Part shown: one piece after another, positions 24,288-35,971 of the stretch
Position numbering within the stretch: the first letter of the stretch is position 1
Layout: each line of letters starts with the position of its first letter
NCBI GenBank assembly: GCA_048772705.1
Contig: JBLWGC010000104.1
Coordinates: 434,001-498,000 of the forward strand
Source of the DNA: Leidyana gryllorum EB-2025a
Taxonomy: Eukaryota; Protista; Apicomplexa
Direction of reading: 5' to 3'
DNA length: 64,000 nucleotides
Made by a program: the position numbers and the translations under genes
The notes under the pieces: generated by a model
The model's database searches: none
Seen by the model: only the letters and a program-made list of their open reading frames with translations
What the model was told of the DNA's origin: nothing

Positions 24288-24731
24288 TCACCCTTCCTCT
24301 CCCCTATAGGCGCTGAGTAGGGCTCGATACTCGAAAAGCGTCTGCTCCAGCTCGGCGATCAGCACGTCACGATACATGGTATGAGCTGTAAGCTTTTCAA
24401 TCAAGGCAGACTGCAGGTCAATTTTGCGACTTAGCAACGCGATCAACGTGCTGTTGCAACTGCTATTGCTGTCTCGATTCAGGGAACTGGCCGGTGGTGC
24501 GCCAGGAAGACAGCAAGCCGATGCAGGTATTTCGATCCGAGGCAAACACAAATGCAACAGGAAGCAGAAGAAGAAACGCCAAACAAGGCAGATGGTGGAG
24601 ACCACCCCTGATCGGTACCGCTTCCTGTCCTCATCCACCAGAACTGCCAAGTCGTAGGTGAACTGTTCGATACGGGCAATGACCGACAGCACCGACAGCA
24701 TAGCAGCTGAGCGGGCGGAGAGCATCATCCT
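24288..24731 (-). CDS. Hypothetical protein, C-terminal coiled coil
   Basis: Open frame with a hydrophobic segment and heptad-like tail; no recognised motif. Confidence 0.35.
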   Translation of the reverse strand, partial: RMMLSARSAAMLSVLSVIARIEQFTYDLAVLVDEDRKRYRSGVVSTICLVWRFFFCFLLHLCLPRIEIPASACCLPGAPPASSLNRDSNSSCNSTLIALLSRKIDLQSALIEKLTAHTMYRDVLIAELEQTLFEYRALLSAYRGEEG

Positions 24732-24772
24732 GGGACAGTGGGACGCTCGGGCACCAAGCAAATGCCTGTCCT

Positions 24773-26520
24773 TCAAGAAGGATTGTTGACAAGCACAGGC
24801 TTCTGCCTCTCTTCCAGTTGGATCACCTCGTTCAAAAAGGCACTTTCAGGAAATGCAGGAGGGATCACCGCAAACGGGAGGTTCTCTTGTGTCAATGTCC
24901 CTTGCCGTAACTTGATTTCGTGGGTGTGGCAGTTGGGACAGAAGCTAAGGGCTGAGTGTATGAATAGGTCGCACTCACTGCAAAGGCACACACGTGTTTA
25001 TCTCTTAGTTGACGGAGACGCGCACTTACAAACAAAAGTAGGCCGCGCAAGCTGGGCATTGTCCTCCACCAGTGACGAAATTCCGACCGCACAGAGCGCA
25101 TGATCCTTGTCCTTGTGGGAGCTGTGGGTAAAATTCAGATGGTTCATTCGCCAATGCTGGTGATACTCACTGGAAGAAAGGGTGGTGGAATAGACTCCAT
25201 AGCCTGGCATCTAGCAACATCAACAGCTGACACCAATGGCAAGTCGCAGGCCCGGCAGGTTGTGGGTAGGCTGCAGGAGCGCATCTGACACCGCGGGCAA
25301 AGATATGCAGAGAACCCCAGGCGATTATGGCACACACACAAGGCCACAGTGGTCATTGTAACAAGATTGGGGAAACCCATATCAACAAGGCGGGTGCCTC
25401 GCTCGTGGCTGCTAAGGTGGCTGTCCCTTTCGCCCGTTGGGCTTGAATGCGAGAAGATGGCTTCCTTGAGATGAGTCCTGCCCATAGTGACCACAAAGTC
25501 CCCACCAGTTTCGGTACAGAGTTTCTGCAGAGAACGGAGATAGAGCAGATCTCGAATTGTCAATCGCGCACGACTCATGTGTTTGAGCCACCGGACGAGT
25601 ACGAAGTCTGTGTGAGCTCACCTTTAGTATATACAGCTCAGGGCTGAGACTGATGACGGAAACTTTGATATGTGCTCGTTTGAGTTCTTCGATGGTTTTG
25701 GTTATGTCTCCGGCATCGTTGGTGAGACATGAGCCGTAGATGATGAGTACCTCTTTGGCTGCGTAGGGCGAGGAGGAAGCCAAAAGTCGTATTGCGCGGT
25801 CGAGGGCAGCTTGGATTGAGGGATCCCCAGAACTTTGCGTGAGCTCTTGGGACGATAGGTTGCTCAAAGAAGATTTGAGAAGGGAGGGGTTGCCACTGAG
25901 CCCAGCGAGCATAACAGCTTCTTTGTCTGTAAGGGCTAAGAAGCTCATCCTCGATATAGGTCCCGACTTGAAAAAGTTGGGGACAAAGTCCTGAGTATGT
26001 GGCTGATGGGGAGGGGGTAGAGAAGCGATGATCTCACGCTGAGGATATTCTGCACTGCTCCCATCCGATTGGGTTTCATATCGACCTCTTTCATTGCATC
26101 GGAGACGTCGACGAGGACGACCAAAGACCGGATAACCGAGCGATTGGCTCTCCGTCCTTGCAGGTACTGTTCTGGCTGATACCGGAATGCGTCCATATAT
26201 GGGCGTCTGATGCGGTTTTCGCTGTCGATATGGAGCGGTTTAATAGTTTCTTCCCTCCCGTCCACATCGACTTCGGGAAAGAGTATACATTTGCCTGTGA
26301 TCCCCCCTTTGGTGCCGGGTTTCACCCAGGACGCGTCATAACCAGTCTCCCAGGCATAGTTGTCCTCCTTCTGTGTGACTCGGCGTTCGCCGCCTTCGTC
26401 GACAACCTCTTCCTCGATGGTATCCACGAGGAGACTCTCAATACCAACGAAAGCTCCCAACCGATCCTCCTCATCCGTTCCCTTATTATTCTTATCCTTG
26501 GCGGAATGATCCGTTGCCAT
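24773..26520 (-). CDS. GTF2H2: TFIIH subunit p44/Ssl1 (multi-exon)
   Basis: YAWE, RSLVVLVDVSDAMKEVDMKPNR, LSGNP, GDPSIQAAL, EVLIIYGS, MGFP, YLCPRC..LPTTCRAC, C-terminal ECDLFIHSALSFCPNC. Confidence 0.92.
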
Positions 26521-26536
26521 AGTTGTGTTTTTTCAT

Positions 26537-28782
26537 TCATCTTTGTAAAAAGGACAAGTTGAAGGTGCTTTCACTGACGAGGTTCTTGACCTTGTCTAAC
26601 ATGGGGGCGAGAGTGTTTAAATCGAAGGGAAGAATCGACCCGTTGCTGTCCTCCCCCCCTGGAGCTGAAGCAGCTACAACCATCCGCTGATGAGCACTTT
26701 CAATCCTCGTCAGATACAACACAGGCAGCAAGAAATGCGTCCCGTAATCAACGTATCCCAGCTATCAGCGAGAATGAGAGAGAATTCTTCGCTGTCAACA
26801 CCTCGCTTACACTGAGTAGGAATAGTTTAACCGACTCCTGATTCTTGGCTCGGGCGGCGAATCGTGGATTAGACTTCCGAATACTTCGTTTCGTGGCATC
26901 ACTCGGTTTAAGGGTCAAAACCTCCATCAGCCGTAGGAATGCCCGCGCAACGTCCCGTCTTTCGGGCTCAGCCACGTCGTTCAGCATTTGATCCGCAGCA
27001 AACTCAACATCGCAGGGAAATAGATCCAGAGGACCCGGCGATGTCCACACTGGACGATCGATCATAAGCTGAAAATGCTGACCAATCCCTGCGCCCACCT
27101 GCGGTCATATCCAATATATATGGGTCAACGAGACCATCTCGGAGTTCTTGCACGATCTTCCGACTCAAATAGAACTCCTCCCAGTCTTCCTCCTTGAGCT
27201 CTCGCAGTTGCGCTAGAAGAAAGGAGCGGTCCATATTTTAGGTCGACACCACTTGACGACTACCCTCACCAAGTTTACTCAGCCAATGTTGCTTCACCAA
27301 CACATCAGCGACCACCTTTACCTCGTCAGCGGTGTGCTTGTGCACCTTGCCAACTCGGATGACAAACGTTGTAACCTATGCCCTCTTATAAATGCCAACT
27401 GTTGCTGCCGACGCTTACATCAGGCTCATCCCAAGTCGTGTTCCCCTCTTGAAGATTGGGGACAGTGGGTGGCGAGGTTGACTGCATCTATACTGGTCAA
27501 TTTCGCTCCACAAAGCTTCCTCACCGAGTTAGCATCATTGGGGCGGAGAGCTTCCAGTTCCTGTACAACTCGTACTGGAAGCTGCAAATCTTGCACTTGA
27601 GCCTCGGAAAGCGCAAAGTAATCATTCAGGGTACGGACGTTATTGCTCCTCAATCTGCAGGAACAGCAACACACTGTGAGCCGGCCCGCCGACAAGATAT
27701 GGCTGAGAACTGACTTGGTGGAATATAAAGAGGCCATGACGTCTACCGATCGATTAAGACGTGGGGCAATCCTTGCTAATATGTCCAACAACTGCGAGCC
27801 GGACGGGAATACTAGCACGACCCTGCCCCTTTCAGCTCACATCGGGAGAGTCTTTATTCATCAATCGGTCAGATTCCTCAGCCTCAAGGAGACGACGTAA
27901 GCGCCTGACTGTCATTGGGTCATCAAACCCTAATCGCGACCATTGACTAGCGGGAAGGCCTCGCAAAGCAGCCACTGAGTCCATCCAATTATCTTTGACC
28001 AAGCTGAGCGACCAATATTATCCCAATAGCGGTGTGGCCGCTCACATTTTGATCACATCATTGATTTCACGAGCGGAGAAACCGGCATCAAACCCGTGCT
28101 GCCACAATAGTCTCTCCACCTCAGAAGGGATTTCAGCTGGGGACAGGACGCACGTGTGTGTAGGGAGACACGGTGTCCTCGAAGTGCCTACCATCATCGA
28201 AGTTCTCTGCCAAACTGGATATTAACTGACAAAAACCTGCCGGGATTCCCTGTCGAACCAATATGTGTTCAGGGATAGCGCTGAGCGCAGCTACGAGGTG
28301 AAGTCGTTGATACTTGAAACGACACACGACGGTCTTTGTACTCACCAAGTGTCTCCACTCCAAAAAGGGCAGCGATTCTGCAGGTTCTGAGATCCCAGAG
28401 AGGCATGGAACGAGGTGACTCACCTAGAGACAATCTCCGAAACTTCATCGAGATTCTTATTGAGACGAGCAGCGATAGAGGGATGTACAAGTGCCTGGTA
28501 TAACGGAATCACATTACACATAGATAACTTGGATTCATTGACACAGGCAACTCTGGGAGACGTGACAAAGTCTTCATTGCTTTCGAGAGGGGCGAGGCCA
28601 TGGGTGGGTGAGATCGGCTGGTCATCACCCGTAGTTGCTGTTGATATTCTGAAATGTGTGGCAGCTGACCCAGCGTCTAGGGATGAGATCTGGTCATCGT
28701 CGTCTTGTTTGTGTTGGGGTATAGTCATCCGTACTACAAATTCACCATCCTGGCCTTGAGGAGTTAGATCAACAGTCGACAT
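26537..28782 (-). CDS. Multi-exon protein with SAM-like helical repeats and C-terminal PUB domain
   Basis: PUB-like LMEVLTLKPSDATKRSIRKSNPRFAAR..KLFLLS; repeats TLNDYFALSEAQVQDLQLPVRVVQEL and QLRELKEEDWEEFYLSRKIVQEL. Exon boundaries are only partly resolved. Confidence 0.55.
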
Positions 28783-28803
28783 CCGAGGTAGAAATTTCTG
28801 ATA

Positions 28804-30389
28804 ATGAGCTGGGGGTTGGATAGCCAGGTTCTCCTGCGGGTCTATGACTTGAGCTATGGGCGGTAAGGGGTGTGTGGATTGATAGCTGGGTTATTGACAA
28901 TCGTTCACATATAGGGCCGCAGCCATAGGTCGCTTTCTGAGGACTCCTATTCGAGGGATCTGGCATTCTGGGGTGCTGGTTTTTGGGCTGGAGTATTTCT
29001 ACGGTGAGTAGACATTAGCAGTTTACGTCCTCTCTATCACTTGTCTTCAAGGAATGCAGGGGGTTACATCGAACGGATCCAACCTGATGTGGTCGAACGA
29101 GAACTGCAAATGCGGCCCTCCGAAGTTCAGTGTCTCGGGGTCACCCAAAGAACCCGCGAAGAATTTGAACAGTAAGGCGTCTTTTGTCGGTGGAAGTAAC
29201 TGCAATTCGCAGCTTTCTGGACGAAATATGTCATGAATTCACGCCGCAAACGTATCATTTGACGGATTGGAACTGCAATCATTTCAGTGATGTTGCCGTC
29301 CGGTTCCTTCTCAATAAGGGAATCTCGAGGTCCATTTTGAACCAACACACCAAGTTCGAGAAGAACTGGAGAGGACGCATAGCGCTCGAGACCTGCAAAA
29401 CTGTGACCAGTTGGACACGTGAAGATGCTCTCGGTGCCGTTCGTCATATTCCGCTCCTCGGCAGCGGCGGAGGAGGAGGAGGCGGTAATCGCCCGCCGCC
29501 TTCAAAACCGTTGCGTATGCCCCCTGCCCCGTCGCACACACGAACGACGACTAAAGAGCACACCAGAGCACACTCTCAAAACAACGGTACTGCGCGCGGT
29601 ACACTCAGCCGAGTGTCGACATCGTCGCCCTCCTTGGTGAAGGCGGCTGACCGTCAGCGATCGGACGCTACTTTGTTTGATGAGCCTCTGACCGTATCTA
29701 AGCAACGGAGATTACAGGTACATGCTATGACGGCCGGTGTTCGATCGTCTCTGACGGTCAAGCAGCCAGGCCGACGGACGCTGGGATCGCCCGAAATAGC
29801 GGCACACAGCGACGACGCCTCACGGCAGCAGCAAGCGCCACAACCGCAGCCGCAGCCCCAACCGCAGCAGCAGCGTCAGCACACACGCACGACGAGTACG
29901 GCGCGGCATGGGCGTATACCGAGTCAAAGAGAGCATCGACCGCCGTCTGGACGGTCTGCCACGCCCCCAGCCCCATCGCGTCGCAGTGGAGGGCAGCCGC
30001 ACACGCGTGTGCCGTCTCGCCGCACGATCGAGCCGCCGCCAGTAATGATGAGTCCCCCTTCATCTCACCTCCAGCCACCGCTGAGTCCGCCCTCACCGTC
30101 TCCAGCGGCACCGCCGCCAGCGTCGCACCCGCATCCGCACGTGTTGCCTCCGGCCCAGGCACAGCAGCCCCAATTACAGCGGACGCGGCAAGTATTTCTG
30201 CAAGAAGGATCGGCGACGGGTGGGGCTGTGGTGCGTCCGACTTCTTTGGTTCCGGGCGAGAGGAGCAGCCCGCGTTATCTAATTCGACGATCTCCACCTC
30301 CCCCTACATACGTGTTTCGATCTCATGGGCCAGTGAACAATGGAATTACGATGCGACCTTCGCCTTTGGTTGTTTTGCAGAGGGGTTAG
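28804..30389 (+). CDS. DeSI/PPPDE desumoylating/deubiquitinating peptidase with long Pro/Gln-rich tail
   Basis: Spliced N-terminus VLLRVYDLSYGR, GIWHSGVLVFGLEYFY (catalytic His) and YHLTDWNCNHFSD (catalytic Cys). Confidence 0.88.
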
Positions 30390-31384
30390 AGGAGTGTTGC
30401 AGCGCCAGCATTTCCGGCCATTTGCATGAAAATTCCGACAGGGAGACTACTGATACCTTCAAAAGTGTCACAATGAACCCCCACACAGGCCACACCTTCC
30501 GTGTTTTCGAACGAGTACCACTCGTTCGGTTTGACTTGTTCCAACTTGCAACCTTTGCGCAGCACGATAATGTTCACCAACGCCACGTCATTGATTCCGT
30601 CCAATAAGGTTACTTCAGCATCGATCTGTTTGGCGAGTTTCATAAAGGCTGTCCATCCGGCATAGTACAGAGCTTTATCCGACTGCACATTCTTGACCAG
30701 ATCTTGTTTGCGACTGTCTCCTTTGAACTTGAAGGCCGGCACCGGCTTGCGAGGCCTCGCGTAGGCCAAACTAACACTTTCAGATGAGCCTGGGTACGAT
30801 CGCGACCAGACACTCCGCATCACTCCCCCTCCCACGCTGCTGTACTGTAAATAGCAGCCTGGGCCCAAAGACGTCGGATCCACATCTATTTTCACAGGCC
30901 GGGCTTCTTCGGCTTCTCCCGGTACATTGCTGCCCCCTGACGAGCTCATTTCTTCAGATACCATCGGGTGATGGTCTCGATCCGGCGGTGGGGGTGTGTA
31001 TAGCTGACTCGCAGCCGTGGGGGGGACCGCTGTGGTGTGGGTTTCGGGGGTGGGAGACGCCTCAGTCAGCAGTTCTGCCTCGTCGTCGTCATCGGTCTCA
31101 TCGACCGCGTCGGTGTCTGTGTCCTGTTTGGTTATACGACGAGTTAAAGCCCCGCTGTGCACCGAGCCGCTGCTCGACCGTCGCGCAATTGCAGCTGGCG
31201 CGAACTCTGGGACCGTGGCACACGATTGGCGCCGTTGCGGCCTTATGTCTCCGCCGTATGCTGGTTGCATAGAAACGCGCTTGGCCACTGGGGCAACTTT
31301 AGCGACCTGAAGTCGGGTCCCATTCTTCCCCTCCACACAACATCTACTGCAAACTCCACCACCGGAGCTATTTCCCGCTCCCAT
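30386..31384 (-). CDS. Immune mapped protein 1 (IMP1)-like, dual-acylated
   Basis: MGAGNSS..CSRCC myristoyl/palmitoyl N-terminus; C-terminal GCYLQYSSVGGGVMRSVWS..AYARPRKPVPAFKFK..YYAGWTAFMK typical of the apicomplexan IMP1/IMP2 domain. Confidence 0.8.
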   Translation of the reverse strand: MGAGNSSGGGVCSRCCVEGKNGTRLQVAKVAPVAKRVSMQPAYGGDIRPQRRQSCATVPEFAPAAIARRSSSGSVHSGALTRRITKQDTDTDAVDETDDDDEAELLTEASPTPETHTTAVPPTAASQLYTPPPPDRDHHPMVSEEMSSSGGSNVPGEAEEARPVKIDVDPTSLGPGCYLQYSSVGGGVMRSVWSRSYPGSSESVSLAYARPRKPVPAFKFKGDSRKQDLVKNVQSDKALYYAGWTAFMKLAKQIDAEVTLLDGINDVALVNIIVLRKGCKLEQVKPNEWYSFENTEGVACVGVHCDTFEGISSLPVGIFMQMAGNAGAATLL

Positions 31385-31459
31385 ACTTCACGATCTGCCA
31401 ACAAATACACATTTCCACCACTCGAATCTCCGTTCTCTTTTTTTTTCCTTTGACGGCAG

Positions 31460-32999
31460 ATGACGAATCTCACAGCCATTGAGTAAGTATCTTGAATGAG
31501 ATCCGCCCACTATCCATCAACTTGGCAGCCTCTTTTGTGGCATTGGGGGTTTGTCGCAGGCGCTCATAGCCGCGTCCCGCAAGACAAACAACGCTGTAAA
31601 GATAATATCCGCCTACGATGTCAGCAAAGTCTGTCAAACTGTTTTCACGGCTAATCATCCCGACACCCACTTCTCCACTGTAAGTGTGATGAACCCTGAA
31701 ACTCTGACGAACTATAAACTCTTTCAGAGATCTGTTGAACACATTGACCTCAAGTGGCTCGATGGCACAGCAGATATCTGGTTGATGTCTCCTCCGTGCC
31801 AACCCTTTACGGAGGGCGGCAAGCAGCTGGCTGAACGAGACCCTCGATCATTGGGATTGGCGAAAATGATGGAAAAGCTCGACAAGATCGCCAAACCCCC
31901 GTCAGGGATCATTCTGGAGAATGTTCCAAACTTTAGGAAATCATCAGTACGCGATAATCTCGTCGCTCTCTTAACAAAAAAGGTAAAGAGATCGCGATCC
32001 TTCAGCCATATGCTTTTACCTTTAGGGACTTTCTGTCCGCGAATTTATACTCAGTCCTACTCAGATTGGTATTCCTAATTCCCGGGTCCGATACTATTTG
32101 ACAGCCTTCAAAGCTGGAGAAGGGTCTGCCACCGTCGCAGAGACAGCTCAGACACCTCCCATGCGGGGCCTGAATGCGTGGTTTGGCCCATCTAAGATTC
32201 CAAGCCATATTGAACCTATTGGAGACTTCCTCGACTATCACGAAGACGAGGAGTTGTGCGACACATGGGTACCCTCTCCCCCCAAAGAGGGAGTGAAGGA
32301 AGAAAAAGGAGATGGCTACACCCTGAGGGAGTTGCTGGTGCCGCAAGGGCGAGCTGTAAATCTGAAAGACCTGCGATACGACATAGCCACTCCAGACAGT
32401 TTAATCACTTCCACTTTCACTGGGGGATATGGGCAACTATTAGCCAAATCTGGGCCCGTACTCAGGGTGTATGAGAAAAAGGATCATTTTACCGGAACCA
32501 AACGGTCGTCCGCAGAGGTCACTACGGAGGAGAATGAGGTCAAGCGCCCGAAAACAAACACCGTGCCGGTCCCGACGACCGAAGAGGAGTTACGGATGCA
32601 TTTGCAGTCAACTGCCGAGGTGGAACCGGACCGATTTACTGCGATCAATCCTGAGAAGGATCTCGTAAGACACTTCAGCCCCAAAGAAATGCTCCGGTGA
32701 GTGACACAGTGTCACATTAATATTTACACACGGACGATCTCCAGGATTCACGGCTTCGATCCATCCTTTGTTTTCCCGCCCCAACTGAAAGTGAAGAAAC
32801 AATGGAGTCTCATTGGAAATAGCGTCAAGTGAGTGATGGGATAACGGTAATCATCAATCTATGGTTTTGCAGTGTCCCAATCGTGGGAATCTTGGCGGCA
32901 AACCTGCTTCTTGAAATGGGGGATCATTTCTCGGCACAAGGGGAAAAAGAGACTGTCGCGTCTCCCCCCGACACCGCCACCGTAGCTGCAAAGGATTAA
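31460..32999 (+). CDS. TRDMT1: DNMT2/TRDMT1-like C5-cytosine (tRNA C38) methyltransferase
   Basis: Motif I DLFCGIGG after splicing, IV MSPPCQPFT, VI ILENVPNF, VIII QIGIPNSRVRYY, IX RHFSPKEMLRIHGF, X LIGNSVNV. Confidence 0.88.
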
Positions 33000-33167
33000 T
33001 ATAAACTCATTGGACATTTTGTTTTACCTTCTTCTACCACGCTCTCCCGATCCATTGATTTGAGTTCCGGTGGCGGCCTGTGGAGGTGTTGGCTCAAGCG
33101 CACCCCTAACTACCCAACAATAACTCCGCGCCGGTCTCTGATCTCGAGTGTACGCGCGTCTCACATT

Positions 33168-34919
33168 ATGACCAATCCGCAGTGTGTTCCTACTGGGAAG
33201 AAACTCCAGTTGTCCGACTCTCAAAGTCGCACAGGCCAACAAGCACGTTTAACACTGCCAGATGGGCGAACCTATGATTTGGACATTATGAAACCCACAC
33301 TCGGTGATGCTGTTGTATGCGATGTGAGAACCTTATACAACACGGGCAAAGTTCTTTTCTATGACCCGGGGCTCAATTCAGTGGCGTCATGTGCGTCTGC
33401 GGTTACGCACACTGACGGAGATCGCGGAATATGTCTTTATCGTGGTTACTCAGTACCTGAACTCCTGGAAAAACATGACTATTTGACTGTAGCCTACCTC
33501 CTATTGTACGGCCAGCTCCCGGACAAGACTCGCCGGGCCGAATTCGAAGATCGTATCAAATCGGAAATGCTTATCCACACGCGACTCAAGGAATTCATTA
33601 CAACCTTCGTGCCAGGAGCACACCCAATGTCAATCCTCGTAAGCTGAAACTCTTCTCTTGTGACTGCGGCCTCGGGCTCTTTGGAATCTCTGTGCTGCGA
33701 ACACCTCTTTCTGTTCGTGTGGACCCCTATGTTCAGGCCTCGGTGTTGTCTGCCATGGCATCATTTTATGCGGACCCGATGGACCCCGCCCACATGACGG
33801 ATGAAGGGGTGCGCGACTTAGCTTGTATCCGCCTCATTGCCAAGATCGTAAGTTCCTCTACACACGATGCTCGTATGTGTGTGTACCACCCGTGTCTCCG
33901 CCTTCCATCTCGAACACCGGCACTTCACTAATGTGCTCCTTCTTCCGCAGCCAACTGTAGTAGCTATGACGTACAAAGTATTAATCGGCGAGCCGATGGT
34001 TTATCCACGTGAAGATTTGACCTTCGCAGAGAACTTTCTGCACATGATGTTTGCAAGACCCACAGGTCCTTATGAGATCAATCCTTTGCACGCGGAAATT
34101 ATTGACTGTTTCCTCTCCATCCATGCAGACCATGAGCAGAATGCAAGTACCTCAACCGTGCGTACTGCTGGGTCGTCGTTGGCTAATCCGTACGCGTGTA
34201 TCGCAACGGGTGTGACCTCCTTGTGGGGCCGAGCGCACGGAGGTGCCAACGAAGCAGTGGTGGATATGTTGACACGTATTGGGTCCCCAGATAAGGTGCC
34301 TAAATTCATTGAACAAGTGAAGAACAAGGAAGTGCGACTAATGGGATTTGGTCACCGTGTGTACAAGAACTATGATCCTAGAGCCAAGATCATGCAAACC
34401 CTGTGCTGGCGACTTTTCAAGGAAATGAACGACTACACCGATCCCCTATTTGACATTGCGAAGGCTTTGGAGACTACCGCTCTCTCCGATCCATACTTTG
34501 TGGAACGCAAGTTGTACCCTAATGTGGACTTTTATTCAGGTATAGTTATGCGCGCATTGGGAATACCGAAGGAAATGTTCACTGTAATGTTCGCTATGGG
34601 AAGGAGCATCGGATGGCTCTCCCATTGGCGGGAAATGGTGGAAGAGTGTCAAATCAAGATTACTCGGCCTCGGCAGTTGTACCTGGGCCACGGGGTGCGG
34701 GACCTCAAGAATCCGCATTCCGGTGGAGATGAGACGCCGGCCAAGCATGCTATCTCCGATCGAAAAGTCTTTGGAGGTATGATCCCGCATCCCATCAAAA
34801 TGAAGGCAGCTACCTCTTCTCCATCCGGTGATCTGTCTGAAGAGACTCCTTCCAATTTCGGTGGCTACAAGTCATCTCTGAATCAATCATCATTGACCGA
34901 CGCGACATTGAACATTTGA
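33168..34919 (+). CDS. Citrate synthase, bacterial GltA-like type
   Basis: YDPGLNSVASCASAVTHTDGDRGICLYRGY, HADHEQNASTS, LWGRAHGGANE, MGFGHRVYKNYDPRA, YPNVDFYSG; introns about 33639-33735 and 33848-33950. Confidence 0.93.
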
Positions 34920-35971
34920 TTTTTCCCCTTGACACCCGGATGAAGAAGAAATGCAGGCGATTTCTACTTATCCCTCAAGCGACAATGTAGTTGGCCCCCC
35001 CGCACTTTGGATTATCATCGACATTGACATGCTCGCACTGACGCACCCGAAGATGATGGCGCGACTCCCAGCCAGACGACAGAGAAATTGAGCCGTTATT
35101 GGAGGAGAAATTGGCTGAAGACAATCCGCAATCGTCTTCTCATATATGGATAGAGCGTGTATATGTAGTTCTCTGATCTGTAATAATTTAGTGCGACTTT
35201 GCCAATGACATCTGTGACATTGATAGTTAGAATGTGTTCATTCCAAGCAGCGCAGCCACGGCGCCTCATTGCTTGGCGTCTCGCACCCCCCAAAAGGATT
35301 CACACACACATCACCACACACATATTTACTCGGTTGCATTCGGTCGACGTTAATCAACAATGAAGTTTGAAAGGCCGAAAGAAATGTGTCCCCTTCGTAT
35401 GGCTGCGTCGACATATCATTTGTCCAGGGAGGAGTTGCTGAACCCTCGCAGGAATAGCTGCTGCTCCTTTGATCGTCATTCCATGCCGAAAGGACTGGGT
35501 TTTACAGACTCGATGCGCCTGCTATGTTTGGGACTTACGCGTCACGCGAGCGAAGAGAGGCACTCCCCGCGGAGACAGAGAAACTTGTCAAACTTTCGTA
35601 CCTATCCATCCTCTGGCGAGGAGAGTACCAATTGGGGTGGTCGTACTACTGTTATCAAGAGCAATAGTAACATGATTATGAGGTTTCCGCGAGTCAGTCT
35701 GTGATCCCGCGCCCGTACAAATGGGACCACCAGAGTATTCTACCAGGTAAAATAAGTTTGCTACGGATGATAACAGGGTTGCACCGACCCGAACGTGAGG
35801 GTTGGTGACTAAAATTAGTGCGTCTGACAGCGCGCGCGTGGTGTTGTATGGCCACACGTCGCGATGCTACTCAGCGGCTGAGAAAATGGCAGCAGCTGGG
35901 AAGGCACTCTTTGTTCCAACACTAGTGTACTCTTCCTGTGTATTAGCTAATTTTCTGATTGGACACATGGT

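Noticed and set aside
28769-28966. 65-aa minus-strand ORF as the first exon of the PUB gene
   Set aside because: It is antisense to conserved DeSI exons (VYDLS, GIWHSG) on the + strand.
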